Shown: positions 20,186 through 29,744, counted from the stretch's first letter. The stretch is DNA of 64,000 nt from a virus (IMGVR_UViG_3300031998_000051:1-64000); one strand, 5' to 3'. Numbers and translations are program-made. The notes: generated from the sequence alone by a model not told the origin.

Positions 20186-22062
20186 GAACTGCTATACAAA
20201 GAGGTGACGGACTTATGATTGCGGGCAACCCGCTCATTATTGGCGCACAACACCATGAATACTACAGCGGCAGCTATAGAGTAGACCCGAAAACATACTC
20301 GCAGACATTGTCTGTGTCTGGCATGGCAATGTCCAGCGATATTGTTGTCAATGCCTATCAGGAAGGCAGTGAAACGGCACACATCATAGGACGCACCATT
20401 GAAAACTTCACTGATGCGTTGGAGAACGTGACCGCCATCGGTGCATATGCTTTCTGCAACTGTATCTTCCTCAATGCTGCCAGTTTTCCTGCTGCGACCT
20501 TCATCGGAACCTATGCGTTTTCGAGCTGCACCCTGCTGCGCCGCATCTCTGCGCCGCTTGTATCGCAGATAGCAAGCAGCGCCTTTTTGAACTGCGCATA
20601 TCTTGGCTCTGCTATATTTCCGTCTGCAAAGACCATCGGCGCAAATGCCTTCCAGGGCTGTTCAACAATATCAAGTGTCAGTTTTCCGCTGGCCAGCACA
20701 ATCGGGTCTTATGCGTTTGCGGGATGCAGCTCACTGCCGTCCGCAAGTTTCCCGGCGTGCGAAAGCATATTCGCCTGGGCTTTCCAAAGTTGCACGTCCC
20801 TGGAGACGATCAACTTCCAGATACTGTCTCAAACTGTGCCTTCGCTCTTTATGAGCCTGACAAGTTTGAAGTCAGCTTTCCTGCCCAGCGTGAAGTCTAT
20901 CTGGAATGACTGCTTCCGCTACTGCTCCAGCCTCGTGACTGTAAGTGCGCCGGAGACCATCTACATCGGCGCATATGCGTTCAACGGTTGTGAGAGGCTC
21001 CCTTCTGTATCATTCCCGAACGTCACGACGGTAGGCAACTATGCGTTTGCCAGCTGCTTCTCTCTGTCTCATGCCTACATTCCTCGAATTCCGTATGTTG
21101 CCAGCAGCATGTTCCAGAATTGCAGCGCATTGCAGGCAGTTTCTTTTCCGAGCGCATCTATCGTCTATGTGGATGCCTTTGGTCGGTGCTATAGCCTGTC
21201 GAGCGTGTATATGCCGTCTGCCAGCACCATTCAAAACTGGGCATTCCAGTATTGCAGCAGTTTGAACACGGTGGACTTTCCGATCTGCTCTATCGTCGGC
21301 TCGAATGCGTTTCTGTACGCCGGGCTTGCGTCGTCGGTTTCTTTCCCGTCGTTGCAGCAGATCCACATTTCAGCCTTCAGGTACAGCAACCTCAAGGATG
21401 CTTTTTTCCCGGCCTGCACAGTTTTGTCACAGGAAGGATTCGGATGGTGTTCTCAACTGAGCAGGGCGTCATTTCCTGTTCTGACCAACATCCAGCCCAT
21501 TGCCTTCTATATGTGCTCCAGCCTGCTAACTGTTTCCTTCCCGGAATGCACCGTCATAGGCGGCAACGGGACATATGGAGCATTTGAGAGCTGTGCCATG
21601 TCGAGCATTTACTTTCCGAAGTGCACAAGCATTGGGGAACGCGCCTTCCATTCCTGCGCGTCACTTGCAACTGTATCCTTCCCGAAGTGCACATGGATGG
21701 GGCGATATGCCTTTATGAATGACTCCGTTCTAAATTCGGCGTTTTTTCCGATGCTGTCATTCGTGCCGAGCCAGGCATTCCAGAACTGTTACTCGTTGTC
21801 CACGGCATCATTCCCGACGGCATCGTATATATCGGCAAGCGCATTCTTGAGCTGCTACTCGCTGCGCAGCCTATACCTGCTATCCACGGCAATGGTGGCA
21901 CTGCAAAACTCAAACGCATTTCATTCTACACCGTTCAGTCTTTCCAGTTATCTCGGTGCGTTTGGTTCTATCTTTGTGCCGGAGAGTCTCGTGGCAACAT
22001 ATAAGGCAAACGGAACATGGAGCTGGTATTCTGACAGAATCACATCATACGTGGAGGGATGA
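20182..22062 (+). CDS. BspA-like leucine-rich repeat (LRR_5) protein
   Basis: More than 20 tandem ~22-23 aa repeats of the form IG..AF..C.SL..VSFP. Confidence 0.9.
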   Translation: MRTAIQRGDGLMIAGNPLIIGAQHHEYYSGSYRVDPKTYSQTLSVSGMAMSSDIVVNAYQEGSETAHIIGRTIENFTDALENVTAIGAYAFCNCIFLNAASFPAATFIGTYAFSSCTLLRRISAPLVSQIASSAFLNCAYLGSAIFPSAKTIGANAFQGCSTISSVSFPLASTIGSYAFAGCSSLPSASFPACESIFAWAFQSCTSLETINFQILSQTVPSLFMSLTSLKSAFLPSVKSIWNDCFRYCSSLVTVSAPETIYIGAYAFNGCERLPSVSFPNVTTVGNYAFASCFSLSHAYIPRIPYVASSMFQNCSALQAVSFPSASIVYVDAFGRCYSLSSVYMPSASTIQNWAFQYCSSLNTVDFPICSIVGSNAFLYAGLASSVSFPSLQQIHISAFRYSNLKDAFFPACTVLSQEGFGWCSQLSRASFPVLTNIQPIAFYMCSSLLTVSFPECTVIGGNGTYGAFESCAMSSIYFPKCTSIGERAFHSCASLATVSFPKCTWMGRYAFMNDSVLNSAFFPMLSFVPSQAFQNCYSLSTASFPTASYISASAFLSCYSLRSLYLLSTAMVALQNSNAFHSTPFSLSSYLGAFGSIFVPESLVATYKANGTWSWYSDRITSYVEG

Positions 22063-22067
22063 GAAAA

Positions 22068-23050
22068 TGAGAAAACTGGATATTCTGGTGCCCGTGTACA
22101 ACGAGGATGAACAGACCGTCAAGCCATTGTTTGACAGCATTGCCATCCAGCAGAACGTCAACCTGAGAGAGGACGTTGGCGTGATCGTCTGCTGCGACGG
22201 CGGATCATGCACCCTGACCGATGCTTTCCGGAACAACTATCCGTTTACCATTGAATACATCTGCAGCGAGCATAAAGGCGTTTCGGCTGCCCGGAACGCC
22301 TGTCTTGATATGTCCGAAGCAGAGTATGTGATGTTCTGCGATGCCGACGATATGTTCTTCAATGCCTGCGCTTTCTGGATGCTATTCCAGGAGATGAAGG
22401 CTGGCTTCGACAGTCTCACGTCGGTATTCGTCGAGGAGACGCGGGTGGACGGTGCAATCACCTATATCAATCGGCAGATGGACAGCACCTTTGTACATGG
22501 CAAGGTCCACCGGCGGCAATATCTGGTAAGCAGGGGCATCCGCTGGAACGAGAACCTGACCATCCACGAGGACAGCTATTTCAACATTCTGGCGCAGAAT
22601 CTTTCCGACCAGGTGAAATACTGCCCCACACCGTTTTATCTCTGGAAGTGGCGCGATGACAGTGTGTGCCGGCACGATCCCAAGTATATCCTGCGGACAT
22701 ATCGGAACATGCTGGACAGCAACGACGCCCTGGTGGATGAGTTCATCCGCAGGGTAATGCCCGACAAGGCGACCTTCTACACAGCCTTCATGATCTTCGA
22801 CGCCTACTATACCATGAACAAGCCGGAGTGGATCAACCAGGAGAACATCGAATACCGCGACAGCACAGAGTGGAGATTCGCCGAATACTTCAAAAAGCAT
22901 AAGGACCTCTGGGACGCCCTGCCCGCGCCGGAGAAGATGCAGATGTCCAACGGCGTGCGGACCCGAAGCGTCAACGAGGGCATGTTGATGGAGGCGGTGA
23001 CCATTGACCAGTGGCTGAGGCACATCATGGAGGTGGGTATGAGTGGCTGA
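22068..23050 (+). CDS. Glycosyltransferase family 2
   Basis: LDILVPVYNE, GVSAARNACL, YVMFCDADD (DxD), TIHEDSYF. Confidence 0.9.
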
Positions 23051-23939
23051 TATTTCGAGCTATATTGTCGATATAGAGCTGGCGGCCCGCGGCGAAGAAG
23101 TCAGGGACGCTATTATTGGCGCACTGAACGCCATCAACGAATCCGCGCTTGGCGTGTTCGATGACACGCCCACGGAGGGCAGTTCCAACGCAGTGACATC
23201 GGATGGCATCTATGACGCCCTGGTGCAGAAGCAGGACAAATTGACCTTCGATGATGAGCCTACCGAGGACAGCGACAATCCCGTCAAGTCCGGCGGGCTT
23301 TACGATGCTTTGCAGAACATCCAGCAGGCACTGACCTTCGACGATGTTCCCACGGAAGGATCCGACAATCCGGTGAAGTCCGGCGGCATCTATGATGCTT
23401 TGCAGAACATCGACTTCCAGATCGATGAGGAACCGACAGAAGGCAGTACTCATGCGGTATCATCTGGCAGCGTATATGATGGGCTGGCTGCGAAACAGGA
23501 CACTTTGACTTTCGATGATGTCCCGGTGATGGACTCGGAGAACCCGGTCAAATCCGGCGGTATATACACATCACTGCGCGGCTTGCATAGAACCGTCATG
23601 GCATCTGAGGTTACGCTGGGAACGACCTGGACCGGAAATGGACCCTATACCCAAACAGTCATAATCCCGTATGCCACAAGCCATTCCCTTGTCAACCTAC
23701 AGCCGACAGACGAAGCATTGGCACAGCTTATCAGTGATGGCGTCCGGGCGATGTGGATCGAAAACAACAATGGCACGCTGACGGCTCATGCTATTGGAGG
23801 TGTCAATTCTGTAGAGCTGACCATGCAATGTACGGTTGAGGATACAACTGAAACATTGGAGGTCGGCGTTATCGATGACATTCTTGTATTCCCTGGTTCG
23901 GACTATCCTTCAGTTGTTGATGACATTCTCTTATTCTGA
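23043..23939 (+). CDS. Tail fibre/baseplate-type protein with five ~30-aa repeats
   Basis: Repeats of LTFDDVPTEGSDNPVKSGGIYDALQ. Confidence 0.65.
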   Translation: MADISSYIVDIELAARGEEVRDAIIGALNAINESALGVFDDTPTEGSSNAVTSDGIYDALVQKQDKLTFDDEPTEDSDNPVKSGGLYDALQNIQQALTFDDVPTEGSDNPVKSGGIYDALQNIDFQIDEEPTEGSTHAVSSGSVYDGLAAKQDTLTFDDVPVMDSENPVKSGGIYTSLRGLHRTVMASEVTLGTTWTGNGPYTQTVIIPYATSHSLVNLQPTDEALAQLISDGVRAMWIENNNGTLTAHAIGGVNSVELTMQCTVEDTTETLEVGVIDDILVFPGSDYPSVVDDILLF

Positions 23940-23957
23940 TGCGGAGGTAATAATGTT

Positions 23958-26012
23958 ATGGCTTTGCATGGTATCAGAGTGGGCGGGACAGTCCACCAAT
24001 ACGACTACAACTATCTCGCCAATAAACCTTCTATCGATGAAGGTCCAACCGAAGGCAGCACCAACCTGGTCGCCAGCGGCGGTGTGAAGGCTGCCCTGGA
24101 CGCGAAACAGGGTACGCTGACCTTCGACAATACGCCCACGGCGAACAGCAACAACCCGGTCAAGTCTGGCGGCATCAAAACCGCCCTGGACGCGAAACAA
24201 AATAACCTGGTATTCGACACTACGCCCACATCCGGCAGCACCAACCCGGTCACGTCAGACGGTATCAAATCGGCGCTGGATGGTTTGTCCGGCGATGATG
24301 AATTCTCCGACAGCAGCACGCACCCGGTACAGAACAAGGTCATCAAGGCAGCGCTTGACGGCATCGATGACGCCATCGACGATATCAACGAAGAGCTTGA
24401 TGATATTGATGGAGAGTTTGACAAGGTCGTTCATGTGGACAGCGCGTCACAGGGTTTCACCGATCAGGAGAAGTACAACGCCCGTTTCGCCATTGGCGCA
24501 GTCGGTATCAACGACATCGGTGCACAGCGCTTCGGCGTTTCCGGTGTTGGAGGAAGCTCCCGGACGCTGACGAGACTGTATGACGCCGTGGGCATGACGG
24601 CTACGCCCAGCACCGATCTGGTGGCCGGTTCCTCTGACTTCGACAACTATGCGCCATTCAACCGCAAAAAGTGCGTTGGCACATGGACAGTTCCATCCGG
24701 CAGCAGTAAGGCATGGTTCACCGTTAATGCCTATTATGGCGATGCGGACTATGCTGAGGATGGTACCATGGGCGACTATGTGGCCGTCGAAGTTGACCCG
24801 TTCTATTATTATGATAAGGACGGGATCCTCGCGGTGTCCACATATCCCATGCCCGGGTATAAAATACACCCGGTCTGCCTGGACTACGACGGGAACATCA
24901 GAGCGCATTCATACATTCCGTGCTACGCGCTGGCGCAGGATGCAAACGGCAAGGCTGTATCACTCCCTGGCTACCAGAACCAGCGCGGCGGATACAAGGA
25001 TCTGCGCGACTACGCCAAGACCTACGCTGATGCGGACGCCAAAGCATACGCCATGATCGAGCCGTCGGCGGTATGGCATTACGAGTGGATGCTGCAGACC
25101 ATTGAGTTTGCAACGCAGGATATGCAGACCGTGATGTATGGCGCGGCCAGTATGAGATACTCTGATGATAAAATTGTTGCTGTCCCTGGTGCAAATAAAA
25201 TTGTAGTTGGGAGTGCCGGTAGCAATTTTGTTGTTGGCCAGACGATTTATATCGGTTCAAGCTACAGTTCTTCTGTCGATGTAAGGACAAGCTATAATTG
25301 CATTACGGCAATAGAAAAATGTACTTCGGATGGTACGCCGAGCAGTTCCGGTACATACTATCTTTTGACTTATGATGGAACAGATAGGTCGTCCAGTATT
25401 GTTGTGAATACGTGGGCAGTAGCATCTCGCCCATGGATCACAGGTGCAACGGCAGGCTATGCTCCCGGCGTTAATGCAATCCTCGGACATACCGGCTGTC
25501 CGGTCCATCTGACCAACGGCAAATATCCGATGCGGTACCGCTGGCGCGAGAATGTCTACGGCAATCAGAATATGACCGCGCTCGATCTGGCGGATGTGCG
25601 CGTTTCCGAGGGCAATGACGTGTACCATCTTGAGTGGTACTTTCTTGCTGACCCACGCAAGTATATGTCGTATGGCAACTACGACAAGACCGTCCTCACC
25701 GATACGTCGAAGGGCTGGGTCAAGTTGGGTGCTACCACTCCTGCGGCCAGCTACGTCAATGGATACATCAAGGAACTTGGTGCGGATCCAGACTATCCCT
25801 TTGTCAAAGTTCCCGTCCTCACTACTGACGGCAGTGCGTCCACTTACTACTGCGACTATGCGTACCTCGTGTACTCCAACGAGGTTCGTGCGGTGCGTCG
25901 AGGCGGTTACGTGAACAATGGTGCGTACGCCGGTCCGTGCTTCTTCAGCGCCAACGACAACGTCTCGTCCGCGGTCTGGTACTACGGCGCGGCCCTTTAT
26001 TTTCTCCAGTAG
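23958..26012 (+). CDS. Tail fibre/receptor-binding protein; DGR target with C-terminal CLec-type variable region
   Basis: Ends in VRAVRRGGYVNNGAYAGPCFFSANDNVSSAVWYYGAAL; contains VR. Confidence 0.88.
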   Translation: MALHGIRVGGTVHQYDYNYLANKPSIDEGPTEGSTNLVASGGVKAALDAKQGTLTFDNTPTANSNNPVKSGGIKTALDAKQNNLVFDTTPTSGSTNPVTSDGIKSALDGLSGDDEFSDSSTHPVQNKVIKAALDGIDDAIDDINEELDDIDGEFDKVVHVDSASQGFTDQEKYNARFAIGAVGINDIGAQRFGVSGVGGSSRTLTRLYDAVGMTATPSTDLVAGSSDFDNYAPFNRKKCVGTWTVPSGSSKAWFTVNAYYGDADYAEDGTMGDYVAVEVDPFYYYDKDGILAVSTYPMPGYKIHPVCLDYDGNIRAHSYIPCYALAQDANGKAVSLPGYQNQRGGYKDLRDYAKTYADADAKAYAMIEPSAVWHYEWMLQTIEFATQDMQTVMYGAASMRYSDDKIVAVPGANKIVVGSAGSNFVVGQTIYIGSSYSSSVDVRTSYNCITAIEKCTSDGTPSSSGTYYLLTYDGTDRSSSIVVNTWAVASRPWITGATAGYAPGVNAILGHTGCPVHLTNGKYPMRYRWRENVYGNQNMTALDLADVRVSEGNDVYHLEWYFLADPRKYMSYGNYDKTVLTDTSKGWVKLGATTPAASYVNGYIKELGADPDYPFVKVPVLTTDGSASTYYCDYAYLVYSNEVRAVRRGGYVNNGAYAGPCFFSANDNVSSAVWYYGAALYFLQ
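25859..25998 (+). repeat. DGR variable repeat (VR)
   Basis: 140 bp match to 26219-26358; 3 mismatches (25863, 25872, 25908), all A in TR and T in VR. Confidence 0.93.
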
Positions 26013-26020
26013 GGGGTGAA

Positions 26021-26089
26021 TCGGCGAAGCCGAGAGGGGGCCGCAGCCCCCTCGTAACCCCTAAAACCTAATCGCCGCGTAAGCGGCGA
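26021..26089 (+). other. Hairpin cluster downstream of VR/IMH (DGR target-recognition structure and/or terminator)
   Basis: TCGGC-gaa-GCCGA, GAGGGGGC-cgca-GCCCCCTC, TCGCCGC-gtaa-GCGGCGA. Confidence 0.75.
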
Positions 26090-26144
26090 AATTTTTTCCA
26101 AAAAATGGAGGTTCTCTCGAATTTTGTTATAGCCTGACAAACAC

Positions 26145-26173
26145 CTGACAAAACATGGAGAACCTGCTATAAT
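26145..26173 (+). promoter_or_regulatory. Sigma-A-type promoter for the TR-RT transcript
   Basis: CTGACA-17 bp-TATAAT with extended TG. Confidence 0.7.
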
Positions 26174-26218
26174 GCTTCAAGCGGGATTGGATGTGATTCT
26201 TCTGGCCGTTTGGCATCC

Positions 26219-26358
26219 TGCGAACCTCGTGAACTCCAACGAGGTTCGTGCGGTGCGTCGAGGCGGTAACGTGAACAATGGTGCGTACGCCGGTCCGTGC
26301 TTCTTCAGCGCCAACGACAACGTCTCGTCCGCGGTCTGGTACTACGGCGCGGCCCTTT
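26219..26358 (+). ncRNA. DGR template repeat (TR)
   Basis: Near-identical to VR with A at the mismatches; followed by hairpin CCCGGCATGG/CCATGCCGGG (26372-26407) and RT. Confidence 0.9.
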
Positions 26359-26529
26359 CTCTTACCCAGCACCCGGCATGGCCGCTGATGCGACATCCCA
26401 TGCCGGGACGGTGACCCGATACGAAGACGAGGTATTTGTGCACATCCTTTTCCGTAGTTGGTAACAACTAAAATGCTCCCTGCTGGAGCGGCTTAGTAAA
26501 CCATTGAAAGGCCGTAAGGGGAAAAAGGC

Positions 26530-27891
26530 ATGAAACGAGTTGGCAATTTGTGGGACAGCTTCATTTCGCTGAAAAATGCGGAGCTGGCTGTATACGACGG
26601 TACGCAGAATAAGCGCACCGATTTTGTGGTGTATCGAAAGCTCGGATACCACGATAATATCCCGGAGCATATGGGCAAGCTGGATCCGAAGAAGGTGCGG
26701 CGTTATGCCCAGCACCGTATCGATGATCTGAATAACGGCTGGACTGCCTCTGAAATGCGGCATTTGGTCGTGAAGCCCACCTATGGTAAAAAGCGGAATA
26801 TCGACTGCCCATGCCTTGCCGACCATATCATACATTGGATGCTCATACAGACCATTCATGATCCTATCATGCGTGGAATGTATGAGCATTCCTATGGTTC
26901 GATTCCTGGTCGCGGTATTGACGCTGCCCGGAAGACTGTAGAGAAGTGGGTGCGCCTGGATACAAAGGCAAAGTACTTCGTCAAGCTGGACATCCGCAAA
27001 TTCTATGAACATATCGATCACGACCTGTTGAAGACAGCTTTTCGTCGCGTCATCAAGGACACCAGAGTTCTGGATGTTATAGACAATGTCATTGACTGCG
27101 TTCCTTCCGGCGTTCCCATCGGAACCTATACATCTCAATGGTTTGCAAACTTCTTCCTGCAACCTCTTGACCACCACATCAAGCAGGATATGTGCAAACT
27201 GCGGCGGGGCAAGCGCACCAATTGGGCGGCGCATTATCTTCGCTACATGGATGACATGCTATTGCTCGGCACAAGCAAACGCGACCTTGAGAAAGCCATT
27301 AAGGAAATCATCAGGTTTTGCAGAGATGAATTGCATTTGGAAATAAAGCCCGCCTGGGAAATTCGCCGTATTGCCGTGGACTCCAATGACGTCGGCTCCG
27401 GCATCGCGCCTATTGATATTGTCGGATACCGTTTCTTCCGTGATCATACCGAAGTCAGGGGCGGCATTTTTCTTCATACATCCCGTCTTGCGACGAAGAT
27501 AGAAAAGCGCCTGCGTGAAAGAGGGGAGGTGCTGTTGCGCGATGCGGAAGGAATTGTAAGCCTGTGCGGTTGGTTCAGCCACGCAGACAGTCAGCACTTC
27601 ATCAACGAATACATCAAGCCCAAGGTCAATTTGAAACTGATGAAAGAGGTGATATCGTATGCGAGTAAGCACGGAATTGTCGGAGAGGCCGCCCGTTTAT
27701 TCTGTCACAAACGAGAACGGGACGGCTTATATCAGATTCTATACGGACGTTCAGGAGGAGCAGCGCGACGACGGTTTTGTTTTCAAGGCAATTATGTGGG
27801 AGATGTCCTGCCCCTGGGCTCCGAACTTGGAGCGGAGGATCCACGACAACACGGCGAAGTGGCTGGCGAAGATCAAGGCCGTCACCCGTGA
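26530..27891 (+). CDS. DGR reverse transcriptase
   Basis: KKRNI, DHIIHW, YFVKLDIRKFYEHIDH, GVPIGTYTSQWFANFFL, YLRYMDD, DIVGYRF. Confidence 0.96.
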   Translation: MKRVGNLWDSFISLKNAELAVYDGTQNKRTDFVVYRKLGYHDNIPEHMGKLDPKKVRRYAQHRIDDLNNGWTASEMRHLVVKPTYGKKRNIDCPCLADHIIHWMLIQTIHDPIMRGMYEHSYGSIPGRGIDAARKTVEKWVRLDTKAKYFVKLDIRKFYEHIDHDLLKTAFRRVIKDTRVLDVIDNVIDCVPSGVPIGTYTSQWFANFFLQPLDHHIKQDMCKLRRGKRTNWAAHYLRYMDDMLLLGTSKRDLEKAIKEIIRFCRDELHLEIKPAWEIRRIAVDSNDVGSGIAPIDIVGYRFFRDHTEVRGGIFLHTSRLATKIEKRLRERGEVLLRDAEGIVSLCGWFSHADSQHFINEYIKPKVNLKLMKEVISYASKHGIVGEAARLFCHKRERDGLYQILYGRSGGAARRRFCFQGNYVGDVLPLGSELGAEDPRQHGEVAGEDQGRHP

Positions 27892-28018
27892 AGAAGAAGC
27901 TCGCGCAGAGCTTGAACGACTGAAGGAAACCGCGACTGACAACGCCATCTGTGAGCTGGCGGACATCGTGGCAGAAATGATGGAAGCCATTTCAGAATTG
28001 GCTGAACTGATCGCATAA
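27659..28018 (+). CDS. Hypothetical XkdW-like protein overlapping the RT 3' end
   Basis: Coiled C-terminus TDNAICELADIVAEM; sits before XkdX-like gene as in many tail modules. Confidence 0.6.
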   Translation: MRVSTELSERPPVYSVTNENGTAYIRFYTDVQEEQRDDGFVFKAIMWEMSCPWAPNLERRIHDNTAKWLAKIKAVTREEEARAELERLKETATDNAICELADIVAEMMEAISELAELIA

Positions 28019-28035
28019 AGAAGGAGGGAAGTATC

Positions 28036-28224
28036 ATGGTTGACCTGTATGTGAGGATGGTTCTGGCTGGCCAGAAATCCATTGACGATATCAAGTCTCT
28101 TTGGCGTGATGCCGTCCGAATCAAGGTCTACGCCAAGCGGATCGAGCTTGGCGAGATCACCATTGAAGATGTGCCAGAAGAGTGGCGCGATGCCGTCCAG
28201 GCAGAACTGGATAAGGCCGCATAA
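28036..28224 (+). CDS. CD1375/XkdX-like small protein with internally duplicated motif
   Basis: IDDIKSLWRDAV and IEDVPEEWRDAV; RBS AGGAGGG. Confidence 0.65.
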   Translation: MVDLYVRMVLAGQKSIDDIKSLWRDAVRIKVYAKRIELGEITIEDVPEEWRDAVQAELDKAA

Positions 28225-28238
28225 AAGGAGAATATCCT

Positions 28239-28406
28239 ATGAGCTATTTGCGTGTGATCGAGCGCCTCGAAAATATGCTGCATATGGCATTAGAGATCAT
28301 CGACGAACAGTCAAAGCTCCTCGCCCAGCACGGAATTGAAACGGAAAGCGGAAAACTTGAAGCTGAAGAACAACGGTTCCGTGAGGACATGGAGCAATGG
28401 TGCTAA
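28239..28406 (+). CDS. Hypothetical 55-aa protein (not in ORF track)
   Basis: RBS AAGGAG; MSYLRVIERLENMLHMALEIIDEQSKLLAQHG... Confidence 0.65.
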   Translation: MSYLRVIERLENMLHMALEIIDEQSKLLAQHGIETESGKLEAEEQRFREDMEQWC

Positions 28407-28481
28407 ACAGAATAAACGACGGATAAAGCGTCAGCTGTAACAGGCTGGCGCTTTTCTTATGCAGAAAAGGAGGTATTGACT

Positions 28482-28643
28482 ATGCGCATGGATCCTTTTG
28501 ATATGCCGGACGATGAGCTGGAAACCGAAGGCACGGGCGCGGAAGGCGAAATCGTGTATGTCCTCAACAATGGCACGGCAGAAGCGTTGAAGGTGCCGGA
28601 CGATGTAGGAGAGGAGGATCACGACAATGTTGACTACGATTAA
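28482..28643 (+). CDS. Small acidic protein (53 aa)
   Basis: RBS AAGGAGG; MRMDPFDMPDDELETEG...; overlaps endolysin start. Confidence 0.55.
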   Translation: MRMDPFDMPDDELETEGTGAEGEIVYVLNNGTAEALKVPDDVGEEDHDNVDYD

Positions 28644-29604
28644 GCACGGCGACAGCGGCAGCCTTGTCAAGGCCGCACAGCTTCTTACTGGTTACGCTGA
28701 TCGGAACAATGCCAGCGGCCAGTTTGACGCGGGCTTCGTGGCGCATATCGTCGCATGGCAAGGCAATCACAAGATCACTGCCGACGGCGAGATCGGCCCA
28801 GCGACATGGACGGCTATTGCCTCTAATGCGCCGACCTGCTCCACATCAAAGAACAAGACCAGCGCCGCGACGCAGGCACTCCAGCTTCTTCTCGACGGTG
28901 CTTCACTCACCGCTGACGGCATTTTCGGCAGCCGTACAAAGTCGGCGGTCGCAGCCTATCAGGCGGCATCCGGCCTTGATGCGGATGGCATATGCGGCAA
29001 AAAGACTTGGTCGGCGCTGATCGTCGGCAAGGAGAATGCCACCACGGACAGCCCAGTCGATACTTCCACTATCACGACCCATACGCCCGGCACATTCAAG
29101 CAGCCGGTCGATTACAAACAGGCCGACAGCAGATGGGGCAAGAAAAACTATACCTCATGCGGCAAGGCAAGCCAGACAATGGCGAACAGCGGCTGCGGAC
29201 CCACGGCCATGGCCGATGTCCTCGCCACCTGGTTCGGCACGAGCATTACGCCCTGGACGCTGGCACAGCTCGCCATGAAGTGGGGAGACCGCACGGCCAG
29301 CAGCGGCACGGCGTGGAGTTTCTTCGGTCACATCCAGAGCCACTTCAAGATCAAGAAAATGATCAGCACCACGTCCCTCGCCACGCTGAAAGCCTGCCTC
29401 GACGCCGGAGGCTATGTGGTATGCAGCATGGGACCCGGCTACTGGACCAAGGGCGGACATTACATCTGCTGCTGGAAGTATGATGGAACCTATGTCTACT
29501 GTAACGATCCCGCCAGCTCAAAGCGCACCAGGCAAAAGAGCAGCGAGTTTATGAATGAGCGCAAACACTTCTGGTGCTTCTATCCCGAAGTGGAGGCGGC
29601 GTAA
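28627..29604 (+). CDS. Endolysin: two peptidoglycan-binding domains plus C39-like peptidase
   Basis: ADGEIGPATW, DGIFGSRTK..V..YQ, DGICGKKTW; SGCGPTAMA catalytic Cys, GGHYI His, NDP Asp. Confidence 0.9.
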   Translation: MLTTIKHGDSGSLVKAAQLLTGYADRNNASGQFDAGFVAHIVAWQGNHKITADGEIGPATWTAIASNAPTCSTSKNKTSAATQALQLLLDGASLTADGIFGSRTKSAVAAYQAASGLDADGICGKKTWSALIVGKENATTDSPVDTSTITTHTPGTFKQPVDYKQADSRWGKKNYTSCGKASQTMANSGCGPTAMADVLATWFGTSITPWTLAQLAMKWGDRTASSGTAWSFFGHIQSHFKIKKMISTTSLATLKACLDAGGYVVCSMGPGYWTKGGHYICCWKYDGTYVYCNDPASSKRTRQKSSEFMNERKHFWCFYPEVEAA

Positions 29605-29744
29605 TGGCATCGACGATTCAGATCGCGGTGGCACGTGCCGACCTCATTCTGTGTACAATCGCGCACATCATTCCCCGGCTCCTGTTGGCATTCGTTGTGG
29701 GAATTGTCGCAGGAAAGGCGGTGCTGAAATGCCGTGGCCGATAA
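29604..29744 (+). CDS. Small hydrophobic peptide (46 aa)
   Basis: RBS GGAGG; TAATG overlap with endolysin stop; IIPRLLLAFVVGIVAG transmembrane stretch. Confidence 0.5.
   Translation: MASTIQIAVARADLILCTIAHIIPRLLLAFVVGIVAGKAVLKCRGR

Noticed and set aside
20182-22062. LRR gene as a second DGR target
   Set aside because: No TR-like sequence seen in it or anywhere else outside VR
26172-26414. ORF across TR as a possible avd
   Set aside because: It is simply the TR read in the VR frame, with no helical-bundle character
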